DNA of 64,000 nt from Vulcanimicrobiota bacterium (GTDB lineage Bacteria > Vulcanimicrobiota > Vulcanimicrobiia > Vulcanimicrobiales > Vulcanimicrobiaceae): contig CAVTCS010000003.1 in assembly GCA_963733295.1 (NCBI GenBank), positions 2,272,001-2,336,000 on the forward strand. Reading direction: 5' to 3'. Below are positions 57,465 through 64,000 of this stretch, piece by piece. Under the pieces are notes generated by a model. It made no database searches. It saw only the letters and a program-made list of their open reading frames with translations, and was not told the origin of the DNA. Within the stretch, counting starts at the first letter, position 1. Each line of letters opens with the position of its first letter. Position numbers and translations under genes: made by a program.

Positions 57465-58796
57465 ATGATCGATCAGGCGATCGAGTACGAGCACGAGGAA
57501 GTCGAACGGCTCGAACGCTCGCAACTCGAAGCGCTGCAGCGTCGTAAGCTCGCAGCGCTCGGCGAGCGCCTCGCGCGCTCGCCCGAGTGGCAGACGCACT
57601 TTGCAAGTGCCGGCGTCGACCCGGCACGGCTGGGCGAGATGGAACGCTTTCGTGCTTTACCGATGCTCGAGAAGACCGACCTGCGCTCGCGCTACCCGTT
57701 CCCGTTCTTGACTGCTCCGATGGAAGAGGTCGCGCGCTTCGTCGCAACCTCCGGAACGACGGGACTTCCCGTGATGTTCGGCTTCACGCGACGGGATGCG
57801 ACCGAGCTTCTGCCGCGCCAAATGGCACGCATCTTCCGGTGCACCGGAATCCGGCCGGGCGATCGAGTCTATCAAGGCTACGGGTACGGTTTGTGGATCG
57901 GCGGCGTCGCGATGGACCTCGCGCTGCTCCCGTACCGCGCGACCAACTTCGGAATCGGCCCCGGTCGCGCCGAAACGGTCATCGAGTGGCTGCGCGATCA
58001 CGAATACGTCGCCTGCACGATGTCGCCGCTCTGGCTCATGACGCTGATCAACCTCGCCCACAGTCGCGGGATCGAACCCAAACGCGACTGGAAACTGCGC
58101 GTCGGCTTGTTCGGCGGTCAGTCCGTCTCAGCGGTTTTCCGGGACGAACTCGAAGCGGCGATGCCGGACGGCTTCGTCGCGCACAACATTTACGGCACGA
58201 CCGAGTCCGGTGGTCCGAACCTCGGCATCTCGTGCCCCTACTCGCACGATCCGGATCTCTTGCACTTGATCAACGAAGACACGATCCTCACCGAGCTCGT
58301 TAACCCTCAGACGCTCGAGCCGGTCGCTCCGGGCGAGGTCGGCGAGATCGTGATCACGACGCTCGACAAAGAAGCCTCGCCCGTCGTGCGCTGGCGCACG
58401 CGCGACCTCGTGCGCCTCGCGGATGAGCCCTACGCTTGTCGTTGCGGCCGGCGTGGGTTGCCCCTGATCGGGCGCATCATCGGCCGTTCCGACGACATGC
58501 TGAAGGTCCGCGGAGTCATGGTCTTTCCGTCCCAAGTCGAAGACGTCATCGCCGCGCACGAAGACACGGTAAAAGAAGCGTGGCAGATCTACGTCGACCG
58601 GCACGACCGCGTGCTCGACGAAGCGGTCGTCGCGATCGAACGGCGCAGCAGCGCCCGGAAAACCTCGGATGCGCTCGCGCACGACATCGAGCGCGCGCTC
58701 GAAGCCCGGCTCGGCATCCGAATGCGAGTCGAGGTCTCCGAGGAAGGTCAGCTGCCGCGTTACGAAGCGAAAGCGGTCCGCGTCATCGTGCGCTAG
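57465..58796 (+). CDS. Phenylacetate-CoA ligase family adenylate-forming enzyme
   Basis: TSGTTG, IYG.TE, R.RT.D, GRSDDML.VRG..VFPSQVE. Confidence 0.88.
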   Translation: MIDQAIEYEHEEVERLERSQLEALQRRKLAALGERLARSPEWQTHFASAGVDPARLGEMERFRALPMLEKTDLRSRYPFPFLTAPMEEVARFVATSGTTGLPVMFGFTRRDATELLPRQMARIFRCTGIRPGDRVYQGYGYGLWIGGVAMDLALLPYRATNFGIGPGRAETVIEWLRDHEYVACTMSPLWLMTLINLAHSRGIEPKRDWKLRVGLFGGQSVSAVFRDELEAAMPDGFVAHNIYGTTESGGPNLGISCPYSHDPDLLHLINEDTILTELVNPQTLEPVAPGEVGEIVITTLDKEASPVVRWRTRDLVRLADEPYACRCGRRGLPLIGRIIGRSDDMLKVRGVMVFPSQVEDVIAAHEDTVKEAWQIYVDRHDRVLDEAVVAIERRSSARKTSDALAHDIERALEARLGIRMRVEVSEEGQLPRYEAKAVRVIVR

Positions 58797-58828
58797 CTTT
58801 GCCGCAGCCCGCAACGGTCTCAGCTAAG

Positions 58829-59443
58829 TTGCCCCGGACGGAGGTTCGCGTCAGCGGCCGGCGCGCCGGCCAGCGTTTTGACGCGCAATATGGAGTGACG
58901 ACCGAAGCGCTCGTCTTCCTCGGTTCGCTCGACCCCGAAGCGATCGGACCGTGCGTCGTCGACGCGACGCACTACGAAGCGACCCCGGTCGGCGACCTCG
59001 CGACGTTGTTGGCCGCGACGCCGATTCCGCTCGAGCGTGCCAGCTTCGTCGACCTCGGTTCAGGAATGGGACGCGTGCTCTTCCTAGCCTCCGCCTACCC
59101 GTTCCGACAAGTGATCGGCGTAGAGATCTCGCCGGCCTTGCACCAGATCGCGCGCGACAATCTCTCCGCCTGGAAGGGACGAAGCCGCTGTCGCGACATT
59201 CGGCTCGTGCGCGCGAACGCGGCGACTTGCGCGCTGCCGCCGGGCGCACTGATCGTCTATCTCTACAACCCGTTTCGCGGCGCGGTCCTCGAAGCCGTCG
59301 TCGAACGGCTCGCCCGGCGTTCTCACGAAACGGTCGTTCTCTACCACACGCCGGTCGAGCGCCGAGCATTCGATGAGAGCGGCGCGTTCGAACAAATCGC
59401 CGAGACTCCGCGCGGCCTCGTCTACCGGCGAAAGCTCGCGTGA
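58829..59443 (+). CDS. Class I SAM-dependent methyltransferase
   Basis: FVDLGSGMGR, VIGVE, YLYNPF; start approximate. Confidence 0.8.
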   Translation: MPRTEVRVSGRRAGQRFDAQYGVTTEALVFLGSLDPEAIGPCVVDATHYEATPVGDLATLLAATPIPLERASFVDLGSGMGRVLFLASAYPFRQVIGVEISPALHQIARDNLSAWKGRSRCRDIRLVRANAATCALPPGALIVYLYNPFRGAVLEAVVERLARRSHETVVLYHTPVERRAFDESGAFEQIAETPRGLVYRRKLA

Positions 59444-60081
59444 ACGCCGCGTTCTCGCCGGACGCGTTCCCGGTACTGCAGGGTCGACACGTCCGGCTCG
59501 AGCCGCTCGAAACGCGTCACGTCGACGGGCTGATAGCTGCGGCCGCCGGCGACGCCGCTCTCTACCGCTGGAGTCCGGTTCCCCTCGGGAAGGACGAAGC
59601 CGCGCGCTATGTCGAGACGGCCCTCGCGTGGAGAGCCGCGGGCAGCGCCGTTCCTTTCGCCACGGTTCGTGCGGCCGACGGCGCCGTCATCGGTTCGACG
59701 CGCTTCTTCAACCTCGAGCGCTGGCCGTGGCCGGAGGACGACGTTTCCGCGAAGTCGCGAAGCTTCGATGCATGCGAAATCGGTTACACGTGGCTGACCG
59801 GCGCCGCGATTCGAACGGCGGCTAATACCGAGGCGAAATTGCTCATGCTGACGCATGCGTTCGAAGTCTGGCACGTCTGGCGCGTCTGTTTTCACAGCGA
59901 CGTCCGCAACGAACGCTCGCGCGCCGCCATCGAACGTATCGGCGGCCGTTTCGAGGGAATTTTGCGAGCGCATCGTTTGGCCGCGGACTGCACGCCCCGC
60001 GACTCGGCGCGCTATTCAATCCTGGCTGAGGAATGGGCCGCTCAGAAACGGCGGCTTCTCGAACAAACGAACCGGATCTGA
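59440..60081 (+). CDS. GNAT (RimJ/RimL-like) N-acetyltransferase
   Basis: VRLEPL, IGSTR, EIGYTW, NTEAKLLML..AFE, RN.RSR.AI.RIG..FEG.LR. Confidence 0.9.
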   Translation: MNAAFSPDAFPVLQGRHVRLEPLETRHVDGLIAAAAGDAALYRWSPVPLGKDEAARYVETALAWRAAGSAVPFATVRAADGAVIGSTRFFNLERWPWPEDDVSAKSRSFDACEIGYTWLTGAAIRTAANTEAKLLMLTHAFEVWHVWRVCFHSDVRNERSRAAIERIGGRFEGILRAHRLAADCTPRDSARYSILAEEWAAQKRRLLEQTNRI

Positions 60082-60082
60082 T

Positions 60083-60652
60083 TCAGCGATTGCGGCGCAG
60101 GTTTGCGAGCGCGCCTTGCCCCGTGGCGGCGCGCTCGTAGTGCTCGCGATCGGCGTCGGTCCAGTAGTCGCGTAGAAAATCGAAGAACGTTGCGGCGCGA
60201 CGCAGATCGCCGTTGTAGAATTCGCGCACGGCAAGCTCGCGGCAGTGTTTGACGAGGATCGCTTCGCGGTAGCGTCGCCGGAATTCGCTTACTTCGCCAC
60301 GCAAGAAGTCGTCGCAGTGGTCGACGAGCAATTTCGCGAGGCGAGCCATTTCGCCGGTAACGGCCGCGCGGCCACGCACCTCTTCGCGCCGGCCCGCATC
60401 GGGAAGGCTGAGCGCCAGGATCTCGTTCAGCAAGTGCGAGTCGTCGCGGCTCTTTTGTTCCAGCGTTACGTCGACCGTGGAGTCGCGCAACATGTCGTAC
60501 GTGACGATCACCGCGCGCTCGGGCGCACGATACCAGGCTCCGGAAGGAATCTCCGTCGTCTGAGTCAGCGAAAATCCGTACGACTCGACGAGAAACCCGA
60601 AGTGTTCCTCGATGAGTGGCAACACGTTTGCGCCGAGCTCGCCCTCTTCCAT
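60083..60652 (-). CDS. Hypothetical protein
   Basis: Extended -10 TGgTAAAAT (60685-60677) and purine-rich SD upstream. Confidence 0.65.
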   Translation of the reverse strand: MEEGELGANVLPLIEEHFGFLVESYGFSLTQTTEIPSGAWYRAPERAVIVTYDMLRDSTVDVTLEQKSRDDSHLLNEILALSLPDAGRREEVRGRAAVTGEMARLAKLLVDHCDDFLRGEVSEFRRRYREAILVKHCRELAVREFYNGDLRRAATFFDFLRDYWTDADREHYERAATGQGALANLRRNR

Positions 60653-60866
60653 GGTTCTTCCCTTCGATCTCCGAGCATTTTACCACACGGCCAGGCGTGG
60701 AAGCCCCTGCTCCAAATTCCCCGAGCGGATCAAGCCTCGGGTTCGACCCCGTCGTGCGACCATCCGGCGGGGCGGTTATGCCCCCACCCTCATCGAACTC
60801 GACCGTCTACGCCTACCTGCCGTAGAACGCAGACAGCTCGGACGGGAAACAGCACAGAGAGAAGCA

Positions 60867-61808
60867 GTGAACGAGGACGAGGTACGACCTGCCGAGGCCC
60901 CAGGCGTCGAGCTGCGCGACGAACAACGCGAGCGGCCTTCGAGAGAAGGCTCGTCCAATCTCGACGAGGCCTTTCGCTCCGGGCACGTCGGCGAGGTTCT
61001 CGCCAGACTCGATCGTGAGCTGGTCGGGCTGATCCCGGTCAAGACACGCATCCGTGAAATCGCGCACGCGCTGCTGGCGGACGCCTTGCGCGGGAAAGCC
61101 GGCCTCGTCACCGAGCGTCCCGCACTGCACATGGCGTTCACGGGATATCCCGGCACGGGAAAGACGACCGTCGCGTTGCGCATGGCCGAGATCTTCTACA
61201 GGCTCGGTTACATTCGAAAGGGTCACTTGGTCAGCGCGACGCGCGACGATCTCGTCGCGCTCTATGCCGGGTACACGGCGCCAAAGACGAAGGAAGTCCT
61301 CAAGCGTGCGGCGGGCGGCGTGCTGTTCATCGACGAGGCGTACGATCTCTACAAACCGGACGACGAGCAAAATTTCGGCGGAGAGGCGCTTGGGGTTCTC
61401 GGTGCGGTGCTCCAGAACAGTCAAGAAGACATCGCCGTGATCTTCGCGGGGTACAAAGATCGGATGGACGCGTTCCTCCACAGCAACCCGGCTTTCGCTT
61501 CGCGCGTCGCGTATCACGTCGACTTCCCGAGCTATTCGACCGACGAGCTGATCGCAATCGCATACACGATGCTCGAACGCCTGAACTACGAGTTCACGCC
61601 GGCAGCCGACCAAGCGTTTCGCGAATACATCGCGTTGCGTTTGCAGCAGCCGCAATTCGCCAACGCACGGAGCGTGCGCAACGCGATCGATCGCGCTCGC
61701 CTACGTCAGGCGACGCGCCTGCTCGAGGCGGGCGGAAACATCGGCCCGCGTACCTTGCGCATCATCGACGAAGCCGACGTCCGAAGTTCGCGGGCATTTC
61801 AGCGATAG
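60867..61808 (+). CDS. cbbX: CbbX/CfxQ AAA+ ATPase (red-type Rubisco activase family)
   Basis: LDRELVGL.PVKTRIREIA, LHM.FTG.PGTGKT, TRDDLV, APKTKEVLK.A.GGVLFIDEAY, FANARS.RNA.DRARLRQA.RL. Confidence 0.85.
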   Translation: MNEDEVRPAEAPGVELRDEQRERPSREGSSNLDEAFRSGHVGEVLARLDRELVGLIPVKTRIREIAHALLADALRGKAGLVTERPALHMAFTGYPGTGKTTVALRMAEIFYRLGYIRKGHLVSATRDDLVALYAGYTAPKTKEVLKRAAGGVLFIDEAYDLYKPDDEQNFGGEALGVLGAVLQNSQEDIAVIFAGYKDRMDAFLHSNPAFASRVAYHVDFPSYSTDELIAIAYTMLERLNYEFTPAADQAFREYIALRLQQPQFANARSVRNAIDRARLRQATRLLEAGGNIGPRTLRIIDEADVRSSRAFQR

Positions 61809-61812
61809 TGTG

Positions 61813-62787
61813 CTATCCGATTCGCGCGGTGCGCGAGCGCTGTTCCTCGGCCCGGACTTCGGCGGCTAAAGCGGCCGGACGTTCGCGATACTTCGCCCAG
61901 AGTTGCGGCAAGTGCGCGATGTCGGCGAGAACGCGCGCGAAGACGGCGTTGACCGGCGTCGCCACACCGTGCGTCCGGCCGTGCGCCGCCACCGCTCCGT
62001 TCAGCACTTCGACTTCGGTTTCGCCTTTCGCGGCGCGCAGGTCGAGCAAGAGCGACGGCGGCTTGCTGCCACGCGCCCCTGCGATGCGGTTAGCGAGAAT
62101 CGCGCGCGCGACCGGAGAGGGAAGCGAAACGACGCTCTGCAGCGCGCGCACGGGATAGCGCGGCAGATCGATCGGCGTCACGCCCAGCGCCTGCATCACC
62201 GCCCGGCACTCGCGAATGGCGCGGATCTCGAGGGCGAAGACCTCCTCGAACTTTATCAGGCGTTCGGGTACGACGTTGAGGATGGCGCAAGACGCGTTCG
62301 CGACGACGTTTAGCGCGAGCTTCGACCACTTCAACGCTCGATAGTCCGAACTGACCTTGACCGGTATGTTCGTCTGCTCGAAGGCGGCAACGAGCCAATT
62401 GTGCGCGTTCGATCCGAGCGGGGCGAGCGCGATCCCGCCGGAGTTCGAGGCGGCGCTCCCGCCGTCGCGCGTCCGCTCGACCGGCACGGTCAGAGCGCCG
62501 GCGACGATCTGATCGGCTCCGAAGGCCGCGGCCAGCTTCTCCTCGTTACCGACTCCGTTTTGCGGCGAAAGAATCGTCGCCTTGGTTTGCGAGCCCAGCG
62601 CTCGCTGTAAGGTCGCGATGGCGGAATCGGTATCGTAGGATTTCACCGCGACGATCGCCAGGTCGGCATCGAGCGGGGTGACGTCGTTCAAATTGCGCGG
62701 CGCGTAGACTACCTCGGTGGAATCGCTGCGGAGCGCATCGCCCAGGAACGTTCCGACCGCGCCCTGCCCGACAATGTAGATCTTCAT
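61813..62787 (-). CDS. panE: Ketopantoate reductase family protein
   Basis: G.GAVG, VAVKSYD, QNG.G.E, KW.KL..N, PSLL.D, E...LNG. Confidence 0.85.
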   Translation of the reverse strand: MKIYIVGQGAVGTFLGDALRSDSTEVVYAPRNLNDVTPLDADLAIVAVKSYDTDSAIATLQRALGSQTKATILSPQNGVGNEEKLAAAFGADQIVAGALTVPVERTRDGGSAASNSGGIALAPLGSNAHNWLVAAFEQTNIPVKVSSDYRALKWSKLALNVVANASCAILNVVPERLIKFEEVFALEIRAIRECRAVMQALGVTPIDLPRYPVRALQSVVSLPSPVARAILANRIAGARGSKPPSLLLDLRAAKGETEVEVLNGAVAAHGRTHGVATPVNAVFARVLADIAHLPQLWAKYRERPAALAAEVRAEEQRSRTARIG

Positions 62788-63272
62788 GCGCCGCTGCCCG
62801 TCGAACCGAACCCGCCCACTCCGCGCGCGGTATTCTTCGAGAACTCCTGGACGACGCGCAAGCGCGGCCGTAAGATCGGGACGAACAACATTTGCGCGAT
62901 CCGTTCGCCCGGTTCGATGACGATCGATTCGGACCCGGCGGCGCAACGGTTCCAAAGGCTGATCATCACCGGTCCGAGGTAATCCGCGTCGACGACTCCG
63001 ACCAGGTTGCCGAGCACCAAGCCTTTGCGGTGACCGAGTCCCGAGCGCGGCACGACGATCGCGGCTATGCCCGGGTCACCGATGTGCAGCGCGATGCCCG
63101 AAGGTACGAGCTGTGCGGGCGACTGCGGCTCCAGGACGAGCGGCGCATCGATACACGCGAACAAGTCGAGCGCCGCCGCCATATCGCTTCGGTAGCGAGG
63201 AAGGCCCCACTCGCGGACGCGCTCGTCGAGCACTCGCACCTCGACGACGCCCGCAGCATCCGGGTCTCTCAA
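62784..63272 (-). CDS. dut: dUTP diphosphatase
   Basis: A.LDL, PRSGLG, G.VD.DY.G, GERIAQ, RG.GGFGSTG. Confidence 0.95.
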   Translation of the reverse strand: MRDPDAAGVVEVRVLDERVREWGLPRYRSDMAAALDLFACIDAPLVLEPQSPAQLVPSGIALHIGDPGIAAIVVPRSGLGHRKGLVLGNLVGVVDADYLGPVMISLWNRCAAGSESIVIEPGERIAQMLFVPILRPRLRVVQEFSKNTARGVGGFGSTGSGA

Positions 63273-63305
63273 ACCACGACGATCGCTGCCATGCGGTCGA
63301 TCTCC

Positions 63306-63749
63306 TTACTTCGAGAGCTCCGCAAGTTCGGCTTCGAAGCTGCCGATGTCGTCGAACGAGCGATAGACGCTCGCAAAGCGGATGTAGGCGACCTTGTCGA
63401 GGCGCTTGAGTGCCTCCATCAGCTTCTCGCCGATCATCGTCGTCGGCACCTCGTTTTCACCGCGAGAAAAAAGCTCGCGCTCGATCGAGGCGACCGTCTC
63501 TTCCATTTGGGTTTCGGAAATCGGCCGCTTCTCGCAAGCGCGCCGCAAACCGCCGACGATTTTATCGCGGTTGTATTGCTCGCGCCGCCCGTCTTTCTTG
63601 ACCACGTACAGCCGCGGAGCTTCCATCCGCTCGTACGTCGTGAAACGGTGCTTGCATCCCAGACATTCCCGCCGGCGCCTTACAACGGATTCGTCGTCGC
63701 GCGAGTCGACCACGCGCGTCTCGCTCTTCCGGCAGCTCGGACAAATCAG
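63306..63749 (-). CDS. nrdR: Transcriptional repressor NrdR; probable CTG start
   Basis: CP.C, VVDSR, RRRREC..C..RFTTYE, ATP cone, DKVAYIRFASVYR.F. Confidence 0.95.
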   Translation of the reverse strand: MICPSCRKSETRVVDSRDDESVVRRRRECLGCKHRFTTYERMEAPRLYVVKKDGRREQYNRDKIVGGLRRACEKRPISETQMEETVASIERELFSRGENEVPTTMIGEKLMEALKRLDKVAYIRFASVYRSFDDIGSFEAELAELSK

Positions 63750-63775
63750 TTGCTTTGGGCCTCCACGAAGCGGCC

Positions 63776-63823
63776 CCACTAGATATGGGGCCCCTAACGA
63801 GTATAAGCCACAAGACCTGCCGC
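63776..63823. promoter_or_regulatory. Tandem NrdR boxes flanking the -10 of nrdR
   Basis: CCACTAGATATGGGGC (63776) and weaker CCACAAGACCTGCCGC (63808), 32 bp apart; TATACT on the - strand at 63805-63800. Confidence 0.6.
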
Positions 63824-63848
63824 CGCAAACCGGGCGGCGCCCAGACGC

Positions 63849-63995
63849 TTAGGCGGCGCCGATTTTGAACATCTTCGTCCCGCACACCGGGCACTTGCCT
63901 TCGGTAGCGGGGCGGCCGTTCTTCATCGTGATTTGTACGGCGTCTTTCATATCGCGCTTGGTCTTGCACTTGACACAATAGGCTTGAGCTGCCAT
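63849..63995 (-). CDS. 48-aa DUF5679-type zinc-ribbon protein (missing from the ORF track)
   Basis: Manual translation MAAQAYCVKCKTKRDMKDAVQITMKNGRPATEGKCPVCGTKMFKIGAA*. Confidence 0.85.
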   Translation of the reverse strand: MAAQAYCVKCKTKRDMKDAVQITMKNGRPATEGKCPVCGTKMFKIGAA

Positions 63996-64000
63996 GGATC

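Noticed and set aside
60735..60763. tRNA-like GGGTTCGACCCCG...ACCA upstream of cbbX
   Set aside because: T-loop-to-CCA spacing is 1-2 nt short and there is no matching acceptor, D or anticodon arm; at most a decayed fragment
1..64000. CRISPR array, rRNA, prophage, transposase, defence system
   Set aside because: No repeat-spacer periodicity or recognisable hallmark genes seen by eye

Overview
A 64-kb, GC-rich, very gene-dense chromosomal window with about 70 CDS and no rRNA, intact tRNA, CRISPR array, prophage or transposase that I can support. Gene content is Terrabacteria-like: split gcvPA/PB, rplU-prp, and trmD-rplS-lepB-lepB-rbgA-rnhB-yraN. It also carries CbbX, a HyfB-type membrane subunit and an acid S53 protease. 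A Vulcanimicrobiota (Eremiobacterota/WPS-2)-like soil bacterium is my inference, not a result. Main blocks: NUDIX-scpA-scpB-helicase-MTase-nfo-dinB operon; tandem DUF4139 pair; glycine cleavage operon; speE/speD; sufB-Rieske; ribosomal/translation cluster; APC-USP; ribose-type ABC transporter; comM; accessory secreted proteins; cysD-cysNC-paaK-like; cbbX; nrdR-dut-panE. The most unusual signals: (1) several conserved genes that appear to need non-canonical start codons (ATT/CTG), including a wedge-less RecG-like helicase with a DDVN Walker B; (2) two structured 5' leaders with riboswitch-like logic (speD; Cys/Met PLP enzyme); (3) a 163-bp palindromic MITE-like element at the speE start; (4) a palindromic double-SD head-to-head junction at trmD; (5) prp without rpmA; (6) an orphan CbbX with an altered pore loop; (7) a VOC-AAC(6')-like fusion; (8) a 7-codon relay minigene between nrdR and dut. 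Product calls come from motif recognition by eye; no database searches were run.
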